In this document: one piece after another, positions 8,518-18,657 of the stretch
How the letters are laid out: each line of letters opens with the position of its first letter
Numbering within the stretch: position 1 is the first letter of the stretch
Virus record (IMG/VR): IMGVR_UViG_3300034196_000024
Span: 1 to 57,283 of that record
Direction: 5' to 3' (one strand)
From: a virus
Lineage: Duplodnaviria; Caudoviricetes
Length of the DNA stretch: 57,283 nt
Notes under the pieces: generated by a model
What the model saw: only the letters and a program-made list of their open reading frames with translations
What the model was told of the DNA's origin: nothing
The model's database searches: none
Position numbers and translations under genes: made by a program

Positions 8518-9656
8518 GCCCCTCGCTTCGAGTTCGGTCAGGTACCAGCTGGCTACCGGTCAGCGGTGAAGGTCCGATCTTCACGAACGCCCCTCCTTCC
8601 ACACCTACCGGGCTGACCGCTACGGCGGGGTCGCCGAGTCAGACTTCAGTGGTTCTTACCTGGTCTGCTGGCTATGACCCCGATGGCTCCGTAGTTTCAT
8701 ACCAGGTTCGGGTGAATGGGGTTCTCAAGGGTACTCCTACTTCTCCCACCCTTACCATCACCGGGCTGACTGCCGCGACTTCCTACACGGCAACCGTACG
8801 CGCAATTGATGATGATGGGGCGATGAGCGCCGAGGCCTCCCTGGGCTTCTCTACGGCATCCCCAAGCACTGGCTGGCCTGATGCTGAAAGCACCGGGGCG
8901 CATGGCACGCTTTCCGCTGGCTGGGATCAGTACGACTTCTACGGTGCGACTGATGGTCAGGTCTTCGAGAACTACGAGATCAACATCACCGCGCCGATGG
9001 AGTTCGATGCTTCCCATGCCGGCCGCGTCATCACCTTCCGGAACTGCATCTTCCTTGACGGTGGAGTCTACCGCCTGGTGCTGAATGAGCACGGGGCTAT
9101 CCTGGTCTTCGAGGATTGCACGTTCATCTGCGGCGGGGCAGATAACCCGGCTAACGCAGAAGCGCTGAATGGGTCAGACATCACCACTCTCCGGTGCAAC
9201 ATCTACAATGGGGGGGATGGGATCAAGGCCGGGGTCAACGTCAAGATCTACGACACCTGGATTCATGACCTCTATACCCAGGAGGGAAGCCACAACGACT
9301 GCGTCCAGATCATGGGTACGCAGGGGGATGGCACCGAGGGCTCTGGAGTTCATATCCGAGGTTCTCGACTCGATGCGCAGAACGGAGCTACCTGCATTAC
9401 CCTCTCCACTGGGTCGGCCTGGGGTATGAAGGACATCCTGGTCGAAGAGAACCTCCTCTACTGCAACGGTATTGCGGTTACTGGTGGCTACCAGGCTGGG
9501 GTGGACAACCCTGATAAGGTCTCCAACATCATCTACCGCGACAACAAGGTCAAGTACCCCTCAGGTTCGCCTATCTTCACCTCGGTGGATTCGCCCGTAG
9601 TGGTGACAGGCACAACCTGGTTCGATGGTCCCAACGCTGGAGAGGCAGTCTCATGA
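8514..9656 (+). CDS. FN3 plus right-handed beta-helix fibre protein
   Basis: NAPPSTPTGLTAT...LTWS...YTATVRAID (FN3); DGIKAG...WIHD...HNDCVQ (pectin-lyase-like). Confidence 0.7.
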   Translation: MSPSLRVRSGTSWLPVSGEGPIFTNAPPSTPTGLTATAGSPSQTSVVLTWSAGYDPDGSVVSYQVRVNGVLKGTPTSPTLTITGLTAATSYTATVRAIDDDGAMSAEASLGFSTASPSTGWPDAESTGAHGTLSAGWDQYDFYGATDGQVFENYEINITAPMEFDASHAGRVITFRNCIFLDGGVYRLVLNEHGAILVFEDCTFICGGADNPANAEALNGSDITTLRCNIYNGGDGIKAGVNVKIYDTWIHDLYTQEGSHNDCVQIMGTQGDGTEGSGVHIRGSRLDAQNGATCITLSTGSAWGMKDILVEENLLYCNGIAVTGGYQAGVDNPDKVSNIIYRDNKVKYPSGSPIFTSVDSPVVVTGTTWFDGPNAGEAVS

Positions 9657-10795
9657 GCAACGTCTTTGGCTCCACTGTTCCGGCGAACACCACCGGATCG
9701 ACGACTGGACCGAAGGGCATCCACACCAGGTTCTCGATCTCGGCCAATGGGACGTTGACCGCTGTTCGGTACTACACCATGGCAGGAATGGCCGCTACCG
9801 ATATCTACTTCGGTATCTTCTCGCCGGGTGGAACTACCATGCTTGCCGACTGGTACCAGACTCCTGATCTGGCCGTTGGTTGGCACACCTACAACCTGCC
9901 GACACCCATCGCCCTGGTGACTGGGGTGGAGTACGACCTGCTCATCGGCAAGGAGTCAGGTACGATCAACTACTCCTATGCCCTGGGTGCCCTGCCGATC
10001 ACCGCCAACAACATCACCTTCCTCGCCTCACTGGTTCGAGTGGGTGCCAGCTTCGTCTGGGCAGAATGGGTCAGCGCCAACGAGTTCGATAACTACTATG
10101 TCGACCTCGAGATGACCTTCGCCTCGGCCCTCGACATCTCGGTTGGTGTGGATCAGGCTATCTATACCGGCCAGACTGCAGACCTGGTCGGCACCGCAGT
10201 TGGTGGATCGGGCGGTAAGACTTACGCCTGGACCAAGACGAGCGGCCCTTCGGGTACCTTCGGCAGCCCGCTGGCTGCGGCTTCGACGTTCACCCCCTCT
10301 GGGGCTGGTACCTACGTCCTGCGATGCACGGTTACTGACGGCTCTGGTACAGACTTCGACGAGCTCACGGTTACCGTCTCGACAGTTCCTACGAAGGTGC
10401 CCCTGGCCACCATCAACTCGGCAGTTGACTGGACAGTCTTCGGTGGTGGTACGGTCCAGGAAGTCCTGGCTGATACCTCATCTTCTACCGGGGTACAGTC
10501 GGTTGACAACCCGACCAATGTCGTCATCGACGGAGTCTTCGGGGCAGTGACCGAGCCCCCAGTCGACAGCAGCTTCACGGTCGAGGTGGAGGCTCAGCGA
10601 CTGGAGGGTACTTCAGGTACCTTCGTTGCTCGGCTCTACGAGGGGGCTACCCTTCGATCGACCCAGACCATCTCAGTTCCTTCTGCCCTGACAGTTCTGC
10701 AGATCGTGTTCCCACCAGAAGACATCGCGGTGATCGCCTCTGGTTCCTGGACTTCGGGGCTTCGCTTCACGCTGACCGGAACTGCGGCTCCGTAG
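9653..10795 (+). CDS. DUF4082-like plus Ig/PKD domain virion protein
   Basis: RFS...GTLTAVRYY...GWH...LPTPIAL; TYAWTKTSGP...GTYVLRCTVTD. Confidence 0.6.
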   Translation: MSNVFGSTVPANTTGSTTGPKGIHTRFSISANGTLTAVRYYTMAGMAATDIYFGIFSPGGTTMLADWYQTPDLAVGWHTYNLPTPIALVTGVEYDLLIGKESGTINYSYALGALPITANNITFLASLVRVGASFVWAEWVSANEFDNYYVDLEMTFASALDISVGVDQAIYTGQTADLVGTAVGGSGGKTYAWTKTSGPSGTFGSPLAAASTFTPSGAGTYVLRCTVTDGSGTDFDELTVTVSTVPTKVPLATINSAVDWTVFGGGTVQEVLADTSSSTGVQSVDNPTNVVIDGVFGAVTEPPVDSSFTVEVEAQRLEGTSGTFVARLYEGATLRSTQTISVPSALTVLQIVFPPEDIAVIASGSWTSGLRFTLTGTAAP

Positions 10796-10796
10796 C

Positions 10797-11132
10797 ATGG
10801 CCGTCTCACTCAAGATCGTCAAGATCACTGGTGGGCTTTGGCCTCGACTGAAGGTTACTCAGGTCTCGGCTATCTCTCACTCAGGAGCTAGACTCCGAGT
10901 TACCAGAGTTTCCGCTCTTTCGCCCACGATCCCGCCTCCCGCTCGAAGCCTGCGGATCATGAAGATTTCCGCCTTCAGCTACCCGAACTCTAAGCTTCGG
11001 GTCACTCAGATCAAGGCTATCTCAGAAGCTCATGCTCCTACTCTCTGGCGACGCTACGTCGATGGTGAGTGGGAAGTGCTCGTGGGTACCGTGAAGTCCT
11101 ACGCCGGTAACGGCTCATGGGTTAAGGTTTAG
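10797..11132 (+). CDS. Small virion accessory protein with internal LKV(T/M)xISA repeats
   Basis: About five degenerate L(K/R)(V/I)xx(V/I)SA units; C-terminal DGEW...NGSWVKV. Confidence 0.55.
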   Translation: MAVSLKIVKITGGLWPRLKVTQVSAISHSGARLRVTRVSALSPTIPPPARSLRIMKISAFSYPNSKLRVTQIKAISEAHAPTLWRRYVDGEWEVLVGTVKSYAGNGSWVKV

Positions 11133-11142
11133 GGAGGACGTC

Positions 11143-11580
11143 ATGGACGGTAACCTGCTAATGATGGTCTACCTGACTCTCCTGGTTGCTCTGGTCTTGC
11201 ACCGACTCCACCAGATGGACAAGGCTGCTCGAGACCGACACAAGGAAGTCATGGCTCTTCAGCGATCTCGGCAGCGGACGATGGCCTTCGGTCGACAGAC
11301 CCGTCCCGCACCTCAGGTCGACGCTCACTCGGTAACCACGAGACGTGATACTGATGATCTACCACGAACCGGCCGGGAAGGCCGAGCTCGCATGGTTTAC
11401 AAGGGAGGAGATCTCCATGGCGACAGTGATGACAGTGGACTTTCGGTCAGTTCCCGAACATCGGCAGCACAAGTCGGGGAAGCTACAGGACCGGATTCCG
11501 ACCAACGCTCGACCCCGCTCGGCGGATGGGAAGCTCCTGACACCGAAGCAGATCCGAGCACGAGCCCGCCGTCGAGCTAA
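11143..11580 (+). CDS. Membrane protein
   Basis: GGAGG RBS; N-terminal hydrophobic helix; 3' end overlaps next gene. Confidence 0.5.
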   Translation: MDGNLLMMVYLTLLVALVLHRLHQMDKAARDRHKEVMALQRSRQRTMAFGRQTRPAPQVDAHSVTTRRDTDDLPRTGREGRARMVYKGGDLHGDSDDSGLSVSSRTSAAQVGEATGPDSDQRSTPLGGWEAPDTEADPSTSPPSS

Positions 11581-12154
11581 CCGCGCTACCCTCCTGACCG
11601 AGCAGGAGATGGAGATCATGTTCCCCAAGCCCATCGATGAGTGGGATATGGAGGAACTAGCCCGAGGCCGACCCCGAGACTCTCGCGGAGGCTTCCGGGG
11701 CCCCAAGCCGAAGTGGATCACCCGGGTGGTTCACGAACAGTCGATGGAGCGCTTCAAGGCAGCGATTAAGAGCGACATGAATGCGACTACGGTCACGGCC
11801 ATGGATGCTCTTCGTGGAGTGATCAACAACGAGCAGGTTGACGATAAGGGTAAGCCCCTCGTCCCTGCCTCAGTCAAGGTGGACGCCGCCAAGTTCCTGA
11901 TCGAACACGTCGTTGGCAAGCCCAAGCAGCAGCTCGAGGCCGATGTCTCGGTGCAGCTCCAGGGCATTCTTGCCGTGGTCATGGCGAACCCGACCGAGAC
12001 ACTGATGGCTCAGGCCTCAGGCGGTCAGGGATATACCGTTGGCCACTTCCCTGGAGTCACCATTCCTCTAGGGATCGACGACACCATCGATGCCGAGATC
12101 GTGGATGACGACTACGACGACTTCGAGGCTGCCGAGGAGGCGCTCAGTGGATAG
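11417..12154 (+). CDS. Probable terminase small subunit
   Basis: GGAGGAG RBS; upstream of TerL; ARGRPRD...GGF and VKVDAAKFLIEH; acidic tail. Confidence 0.55.
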   Translation: MATVMTVDFRSVPEHRQHKSGKLQDRIPTNARPRSADGKLLTPKQIRARARRRANRATLLTEQEMEIMFPKPIDEWDMEELARGRPRDSRGGFRGPKPKWITRVVHEQSMERFKAAIKSDMNATTVTAMDALRGVINNEQVDDKGKPLVPASVKVDAAKFLIEHVVGKPKQQLEADVSVQLQGILAVVMANPTETLMAQASGGQGYTVGHFPGVTIPLGIDDTIDAEIVDDDYDDFEAAEEALSG

Positions 12155-12398
12155 CTGCCAGATATGCGAACAGTCGAGGGAAGCTCACAACTCCCCCGAC
12201 ATTCACCACGTCTTCTCGGTGGATGGTCGACTGCTTGCCAAGCCGCCCAAGAAGCGCCCGGGGGCTTCTAGCACAGAAGAGGGTCAGGTAGTCCTTCGGC
12301 TCATCAGCCTCCTCCGAGCCAAGGGCCTTCTCTCGACCGAGGACCTCGGGATTCTCTTTCCCGCTCCGGCGGTACCCAGTGATTCTCACCCTGAGTAA
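12147..12398 (+). CDS. Small CxxC/His protein
   Basis: GTG start overlapping upstream stop; CQIC...H...HHVF. Confidence 0.5.
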   Translation: MDSCQICEQSREAHNSPDIHHVFSVDGRLLAKPPKKRPGASSTEEGQVVLRLISLLRAKGLLSTEDLGILFPAPAVPSDSHPE

Positions 12399-12732
12399 CG
12401 CCACGCTGCTCAAGCTCAACAACATCGGAGAGCTTCGCCGGCCTTCAGAAGCCGTCGGGGTTATCGTCCACACCAACCGAGTGATCGAGCTTCCCAACAG
12501 GAGTGATCGACCGCACGACCGCTTCCTCTTCGGTGTGGAAGACCTCATGATGGAGCTAGACAACAACCGGGTGACCATGTCCGAGCAAGACTGGGAAGAC
12601 ATGGTCATCTGGCACACTCACCCTGGGGGCCTAGTTGGACCCAGCAGTCTTGACCTGGTAAACAGGGTGGCTCCAGTACAACACCTGGTGATCACCCTTA
12701 CCCCAGAAGGCCCTATTCCGACGCTTTACTAA
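12379..12732 (+). CDS. JAB/MPN (JAMM) metalloprotease
   Basis: PSEAVG ... WHTHP...PSSLD = E...HxH...S..D motif. Confidence 0.85.
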   Translation: MILTLSNATLLKLNNIGELRRPSEAVGVIVHTNRVIELPNRSDRPHDRFLFGVEDLMMELDNNRVTMSEQDWEDMVIWHTHPGGLVGPSSLDLVNRVAPVQHLVITLTPEGPIPTLY

Positions 12733-12738
12733 GGAGGA

Positions 12739-12999
12739 GTGATGGATCTCTCAGGTCACAGTGAGTACGAGGGTGGGGGCGTGATGCCCAACACCGTCTT
12801 TCCCAAGGGGTCCGACGCTCTGACTCCTTCGGACAAGCTTCGACTTCAGTCCATCACGGGGCAGGAGGACGATGCGACGGTTGCGCCGAACCCCTACCAC
12901 TGGCACGGCAATGTTCGCCCCGACCCGATCACGCCTGGTCCGACCGAGGCTGAGATCTACCGGGACGAACGGGATCGGTATCGCGAGACACCCTACTGA
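12739..12999 (+). CDS. Hypothetical protein
   Basis: AAGGAGG RBS, 86 aa. Confidence 0.6.
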   Translation: MMDLSGHSEYEGGGVMPNTVFPKGSDALTPSDKLRLQSITGQEDDATVAPNPYHWHGNVRPDPITPGPTEAEIYRDERDRYRETPY

Positions 13000-13130
13000 T
13001 CGATCGCGTGATGCGACGATCGGGGATGACTCAATGGCCGTCCCAAACGCTTCTCTGGGCGATCCAGAGGGGCTGAGCTGACTGATCGGGTCATCGAGCA
13101 GTCTAAGAACGCGAGGGATTCGCGAGGAGG
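12997..13130. repeat. Dispersed ~130 bp intergenic element, copy 1
   Basis: GATCGATCGCG leader, arm GCCGTCCCAAACGCTTCTCTGGGCGA, second arm CATCGAGCAGTCTAAGAACGC. Confidence 0.65.
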
Positions 13131-13131
13131 C

Positions 13132-14529
13132 ATGATGGCTCTCAGGATACCGGAAGGCAACGTCTTCCGCAAGGATGAATGGTTCACGCAGACCGGCTAC
13201 TTCCCTCACGATGGCCAGAAGGTCATCCACTACGACCCGACTCGCCACCGAGTGCTCTGCAACGGACGACGGTGGGGCAAGACCATGCTGGGGGGTAAGG
13301 AGTGCGAGACTTTCGCATTCCTGAAGAACTTCCGTGGTGAGCCCATGCGCGGCTGGATCATCGGCCCCGAGTACACCGACTGCGAGAAGGAGTTTCGGGT
13401 CCTTCACGACACCTTCAAGAAGCTTGGTATTGACAAGATCTCCAACAAGTTCCTCAACAACACCGAGAACGGCAACATGCGGATTGCCACCCGGTGGGGG
13501 TTCGATGTTGAGTGCAGGTCCGCCCGTCACCCGGAAAGCCTCGTTGGTGAAGGCCTGGACTTTGTGCTACTGGTTGAAGCTGGACGTCACCGACGCCGCA
13601 TGTTCGGTGACTACGTTCGACCTGCGCTCTCTGACAAGCGCGGCATCAGCATCATGTCGGGGGTTCCTGAGGAGGCAAGCGAACAGTCGCTCCTCTACTG
13701 GGCCTATAACCGCGGTCAGGACATCACGAAGACGCAGTGGAAGTCATGGCGCATGCCCAGCTGGACCAACCCGATCGTCTTTCCCGGGGGTCGGCTCGAC
13801 CCAGAGATCCTCGAGGCTGAGGACGACCTGACCGAGGATGAGTTCCGCCGGCAGTACGGCGGGGAGTTTGTCCAGCGCCATGGTCGAGTCATGACCGAGT
13901 GGGACGACGAGGTGCATGTCAAGAGCCTCGAGTACCGACCCGACTGGCCCCTCTTCGCTGCCGTCGACTTCGGCTTTACCAACGACTGGGTGTGGCTCTG
14001 GATTCAGATCGACCCGATGTACCACACCGTTTACGTGATCGGCGAACACCGATTCCGTCTACGGGACAGTGAGGACATCGCGAGGACTGAGTTCAAGGAT
14101 CACCCGCTCACGCAGAAGCTGGTTGCAATCTACGTCGACCCTGCTTCACCCGATGACGCCAGCATTCTTCGCCGTCACCTGGGAGTTCCGACTCGGGCAA
14201 ACACCGGCGGTGAGCTGAAGACTCGGCTCTCGCTGATCCGGGCTTCGCTCAAGACTCGCCCGGAGCACCTGCCGATCGACCACCCCGAGCGACGTGCTGG
14301 TCTCTACGTCGACAAGTCATGCCACCAGTTGATCTGGGAGATGCGAGAGGGCTATCGCTGGCCCGAGCGCAACCAGGGGGCTGACAACCGCAACTCCAGT
14401 GAGATGCCGCTTGACAAGGACAACCACGGCCCCGAGGCTCTCGGGCGCTTCTACAAGGGTCACATGGAACGATTCGAGACAGCCCGGAAGTCGCGGATGG
14501 GCTCGGTAAAGAAGAGGAGGGTTGCATAG
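13132..14529 (+). CDS. terL: Terminase large subunit
   Basis: Walker A GRRWGKT, Walker B-like FVLLVEAG, nuclease AAVDFG, C-terminal DKDNHGPEALG. Confidence 0.9.
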   Translation: MMALRIPEGNVFRKDEWFTQTGYFPHDGQKVIHYDPTRHRVLCNGRRWGKTMLGGKECETFAFLKNFRGEPMRGWIIGPEYTDCEKEFRVLHDTFKKLGIDKISNKFLNNTENGNMRIATRWGFDVECRSARHPESLVGEGLDFVLLVEAGRHRRRMFGDYVRPALSDKRGISIMSGVPEEASEQSLLYWAYNRGQDITKTQWKSWRMPSWTNPIVFPGGRLDPEILEAEDDLTEDEFRRQYGGEFVQRHGRVMTEWDDEVHVKSLEYRPDWPLFAAVDFGFTNDWVWLWIQIDPMYHTVYVIGEHRFRLRDSEDIARTEFKDHPLTQKLVAIYVDPASPDDASILRRHLGVPTRANTGGELKTRLSLIRASLKTRPEHLPIDHPERRAGLYVDKSCHQLIWEMREGYRWPERNQGADNRNSSEMPLDKDNHGPEALGRFYKGHMERFETARKSRMGSVKKRRVA

Positions 14530-14530
14530 C

Positions 14531-16141
14531 ATGGGTAACTTCACGCAGTGGTCCACTCTTGCCGGGCTTCTGAGCAAGAAGCAGACTTGGGTACCCACTG
14601 AGGATCAGGACCGGCTTGCGGCCTACAACAAGTACGACGAGATGTACTGGAATGACCCTACCCAGTTCGCTCTTCGTGTACTCGAGGATGAGCAGCCCCT
14701 GTACATCCCCAACGCTCGCACCGTGGTTGACACCACGGCTCACTACGTGCTGAAGGGGCTGAACCTTAAGGTCCCCAACGCCGAGGGTGGGAGCAAGTCG
14801 CTGCGGGTTGCTCTGGATGCCTTCCTGGATCGGGAGCTCTTCTACTCGCGGTTTCACATCGCGAAGCACGCGGGAGTCGCTCGAGGTGACTTCGTCTTCC
14901 ACCTCACCGCTGACCCTCGGAAGCCCGCAGGTCGACGGATCTCACTCAACGCGGTTGACCCGGCTTCGGTCTTCCCGATCTACGACGATGACCTTCCAGA
15001 CAAGATGGTTGGGTGCCACCTGGCTGAGGAGTACTACCTGCCGGATGAGCCCGACCGAACTCGGGTGCGTCGACTCACCTACCGGCTGGAGGAGCAGAGC
15101 GACGGTACTCGCCGAGTCTCTCGCGAGGAAGCCATCTTTGCTCTCGAGCCGAAGTGGTATGGCCCCAAGGCGGAGAGGATCAAGACAACCATCCCCTTCG
15201 GGTACCTTGACTCTGCCATCCAGGCCCTGCCCATCTACTGGTTCAAGAACCTGGACTGGGACGGTCAGCTCTTCGGGTCCTCGGAACTTCGCGGCTTCGA
15301 GTCGATCCTCCAGAGCGTAAGCCAGGGGTCAACCGACGTTTCAACCTCTCTGGCTCTCGAGGGCCTGGGGGTTTACGCCACTGATGGCGGTCGACCGGTC
15401 AACAATGACGGCACTGAGTCGGACTGGGAGGTTTCTCCCGGTAAGGTGATGGAGGTTCCCTCTGGCTCCTACTTCCGTCGAGTGGAGGGTGTGGGAAGTA
15501 TTACTCCCGCCACTGATCAGCTGAACTACCTCGAGACCAAGCTACGCGAGGGAACCGCCCTGAGTGATGTAGCTCTGGGTAGGGTTGATGTCCAGACGGC
15601 GTCTTCGGGTATCGCGCTGGCGATCAAGTTCATGCCGACCCTCGCTAAGGTCGAGGAACGAGACACCGCCGGCTTGGGTCGCCTCAAGCAGATGTTCTAC
15701 GACTGGAAGATTTGGCACCAGGTCTTCGAGCACGAGACTCTCGAGGGTGAGATCGTCCCCGAGATCGGCGACAAGCTTCCGAGCAACCGTACTGAGCGGG
15801 TCAATGAGCTGAACAACATGCTCGACCGCAAGGTCATCTCCAAGAAGTACTACCGCGAGGAGATGGGTAAGCTCGGTTACGTCTTCCCCCCCGACATCGA
15901 GGGGGAGATCGAGAAGGAGCTCCAGAAGGATGCAGAGCGAGCGGCAGCGACCGCCCCTGCGGGGCTCCAGGACAACGCGGCGGCGGCTGCTACAGGCGCT
16001 CTTCCCCCTCCCGCCGGTGGTGGCATGGCCGAGAAGGCCGCTGCCAACCGCAGCAACAACAAAGATCGTCCGAACGAGAGTTCCGGCACCGAGTCCGGTC
16101 AGCCTCTCGAGCGGCAAGCACGGGGCGGGACGTCCCGATGA
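14531..16141 (+). CDS. Portal protein
   Basis: Follows TerL, ~536 aa, ASSGIALAIKF motif of SPP1-like portals. Confidence 0.85.
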   Translation: MGNFTQWSTLAGLLSKKQTWVPTEDQDRLAAYNKYDEMYWNDPTQFALRVLEDEQPLYIPNARTVVDTTAHYVLKGLNLKVPNAEGGSKSLRVALDAFLDRELFYSRFHIAKHAGVARGDFVFHLTADPRKPAGRRISLNAVDPASVFPIYDDDLPDKMVGCHLAEEYYLPDEPDRTRVRRLTYRLEEQSDGTRRVSREEAIFALEPKWYGPKAERIKTTIPFGYLDSAIQALPIYWFKNLDWDGQLFGSSELRGFESILQSVSQGSTDVSTSLALEGLGVYATDGGRPVNNDGTESDWEVSPGKVMEVPSGSYFRRVEGVGSITPATDQLNYLETKLREGTALSDVALGRVDVQTASSGIALAIKFMPTLAKVEERDTAGLGRLKQMFYDWKIWHQVFEHETLEGEIVPEIGDKLPSNRTERVNELNNMLDRKVISKKYYREEMGKLGYVFPPDIEGEIEKELQKDAERAAATAPAGLQDNAAAAATGALPPPAGGGMAEKAAANRSNNKDRPNESSGTESGQPLERQARGGTSR

Positions 16142-16881
16142 CACAGCAGCGCGAGATGCGCGGAAAGGTTCTCACCATGTTCCACACCAACAGGCTTCCC
16201 AAGTGGCTCCAGGCCATCGACTCCTTCACGGGGGCTGAGGGCGAGGACGACGCTGCTGCTCAGGCCGCGGCTGCAGAAGCTGCCGCTGCGGAGGCGGCGG
16301 CCAAGGCGGCCGAGGACGATGACGATGGTGATCTTCCCGAGGAGTTCGAAGACCTCGCGGCTGACCACCCGGTTCGCAAGGCTCTCATCGCGGAGCGGGC
16401 TCTTCGCAAGACCGAGTCCAAGGCTCGCAAGGCTGCTGAGCGAGAGGCTCGGGAGCGCAAGGAGGCCGACGACGCACGAGAGCTCGAGAAGCAGGACACC
16501 GTCACCAGGGAGAAGACTCTGAGGGAGCGTGCTGAGGCCAAGGCTGAGAAGCTCGCCGCGGGCTTCCTCAAGACGGCTCTCACTGCGGCGATCACCAAGG
16601 CTGCGGACCAGCTGAAGTTCATCGACCCCGACGACGCCCTCCAGGGTGTGGATCGCAGCAAGATCATTGTCACTCAGGACAAGGACGACCCCGCCGAGGT
16701 GACCATCGACTCCAAGTCGGTGGAGGCCGCGGTCAAGGTCCTGGCTGACAAGAAGAAGCACCTCATCAAGTCGGGCACCGACGACGACCAGCCTTCTGGC
16801 TCTCCCTTCGGGGGCGGTAAGGGCGGGAAGGGCAAGATCGACGACGACCGGATGAAGGAGCTGTACCCCTCGCTGAGGTAA
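16138..16881 (+). CDS. Capsid scaffolding protein
   Basis: Charged coiled coil, between portal and capsid genes; true start may be downstream. Confidence 0.75.
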   Translation: MTQQREMRGKVLTMFHTNRLPKWLQAIDSFTGAEGEDDAAAQAAAAEAAAAEAAAKAAEDDDDGDLPEEFEDLAADHPVRKALIAERALRKTESKARKAAEREARERKEADDARELEKQDTVTREKTLRERAEAKAEKLAAGFLKTALTAAITKAADQLKFIDPDDALQGVDRSKIIVTQDKDDPAEVTIDSKSVEAAVKVLADKKKHLIKSGTDDDQPSGSPFGGGKGGKGKIDDDRMKELYPSLR

Positions 16882-16926
16882 GAACCAAACTCACCACTCA
16901 CCACACTCTCTTAGGGAGAACCAATC

Positions 16927-17367
16927 ATGGCACGGTACGACAAGTACGACGGGATCGTCGGTGGTTTCCGAGCGGCGCTCGAAGCCGACATCACGGGGAA
17001 CGCGGCGGGCGAGTTCGGCCCGGTGGGTGTCTCCATCAACACCGCGGGTCGAGCGATCGTGGGTTCGGCCGGGGCCTCGGGCCTCGTCGGCATCCTGGTC
17101 AAGAACGCGCCCAAGCAGCCGGTGCAGCGCTTCAGCACCGACCTCAACGGCACGCCGGCGCCCCGGGCCTGGCTCGGTCAGAAGGCGGGCGATGTCGTCG
17201 ACATCATGACCGCTGGCGAGATCGTCGGGGTCACCGGCTGGAACCCGGGCGACATCGTCTACGCGGCGACGACCGGGGTGCTCAGCACCACGAACACCGG
17301 GGTCAAGGTCGGCTGGATCGTCGGCTCCGGTACCAAGCTCCGCATGGTCATCCGCTTCGCGGCCTGA
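16927..17367 (+). CDS. Capsid decoration/minor capsid protein
   Basis: Gly-rich AGDVVDIMTAGEI...PGDIVYA; very high GC3; precedes MCP. Confidence 0.65.
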   Translation: MARYDKYDGIVGGFRAALEADITGNAAGEFGPVGVSINTAGRAIVGSAGASGLVGILVKNAPKQPVQRFSTDLNGTPAPRAWLGQKAGDVVDIMTAGEIVGVTGWNPGDIVYAATTGVLSTTNTGVKVGWIVGSGTKLRMVIRFAA

Positions 17368-17409
17368 TCCCAACCCATCTCACAAGCACAAAAGAAAGGA
17401 CTACCCCTC

Positions 17410-18579
17410 ATGGGTAAGACGGATCAGTTCGTGATGCCGCACTGGCTCACGCTCGGCGCCTCGCAGTACATGGGTGCTGAGGAGCTGGGTGGCTTCAACG
17501 AGCGCGCCGATGCAGTCGCCGCCGCCGACGGGACCGACCTCAACGAGTTCTGGCAGGAGATCCAGGCTGCCATCCGGCTGCGGAACGTCGCCAAGGACCG
17601 CCTGATCGACATGCTCTCGGTTCGGGTCACCGACCGTACGAGCGAGGTCAGCATGCCTTCCGAGGCGACCTTCGAGAAGGCTTCGGAGTTCGGCCAGCCG
17701 GTCGGTATCCGTGCCGGGGGCGTTCGGCTCTGGCGCGGCTACGACTTCGACTTCTACGACCTGGCCATCCGGTACACCTGGATGTTCATCGCCCAGGCTG
17801 ACATCGCCCAGCTTCGGAACCTCAACAACATGGCTCTGGAGGCGGACACCACCCTGGTGTTCCGCAAGGTCATGACCACCCTCTTCAACCCGCTCAACGC
17901 GGAGGGTGTGACCGACCATGACGAGCCGGTCACGGTCTACAAGTTCTACAACGCCGATGGTGAGACGCCCCCCGCGTACAAGGGGACGACCTTCTCCAGC
18001 TCGCACAACCACTACCTCGTCTCGGGCAACACGGCGATCACGCCGGCGAACCTCAAGACGCTGGCGGACTCGGTCGGCGAGCACGGCTACACCCTGCAGG
18101 CCGGCTACAAGCTGGTGCTCTGGATCAACAAGCAGGAAGCCGCGATCATCAAGACGTTCCGCGTCGCCACAGGGGCGGAGTTCGACTTCGTGCCGAACCC
18201 CAACTACTACGGCGGCGCCGTCTTCGTGCCCAACAACGGCTCCTACGTCGGGGGCCCCACGGGTACGGTGCCCGGCGAGATCGGGACCTACGGGCCCTTC
18301 CATGTCGTCGAGGAGGAGTACATCCCCGCCGGCTACGTCGCCGCGATCGTCACGGGCGGCCCGAACAACCTCCAGAACCCCATCGGTATCCGGGAGCACG
18401 CCAACCCGGCCTACCGCGGGCTCAAGGTCATCCCGGGTCAGCGGTCGCAGTACCCGCTGCTCGACTCGTTCTACCGCCGCGGCGTTGGCGCGGGCATCCG
18501 GCAGCGCGGCGGTGGCGCGCTCATGCAGGTCAAGGCATCCGGCAGCTTCGTCGTCCCGGCGGCCTACACCACCGTCTGA
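17410..18579 (+). CDS. Major capsid protein
   Basis: 389 aa, strong codon bias, synteny, followed by hairpin. Confidence 0.8.
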   Translation: MGKTDQFVMPHWLTLGASQYMGAEELGGFNERADAVAAADGTDLNEFWQEIQAAIRLRNVAKDRLIDMLSVRVTDRTSEVSMPSEATFEKASEFGQPVGIRAGGVRLWRGYDFDFYDLAIRYTWMFIAQADIAQLRNLNNMALEADTTLVFRKVMTTLFNPLNAEGVTDHDEPVTVYKFYNADGETPPAYKGTTFSSSHNHYLVSGNTAITPANLKTLADSVGEHGYTLQAGYKLVLWINKQEAAIIKTFRVATGAEFDFVPNPNYYGGAVFVPNNGSYVGGPTGTVPGEIGTYGPFHVVEEEYIPAGYVAAIVTGGPNNLQNPIGIREHANPAYRGLKVIPGQRSQYPLLDSFYRRGVGAGIRQRGGGALMQVKASGSFVVPAAYTTV

Positions 18580-18589
18580 CCCAACCCCG

Positions 18590-18640
18590 ACTCACTCGGT
18601 GTGGAGCTTCAGTAATCGGGGAGCTCCACACCGGGTGGGT
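18590..18640 (+). terminator. Long hairpin after MCP
   Basis: ACTCACTCGGTGTGGAGCTTC / GGAGCTCCACACCGGGTGGGT. Confidence 0.7.
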
Positions 18641-18657
18641 ACTGAGAGGAGTACAGC

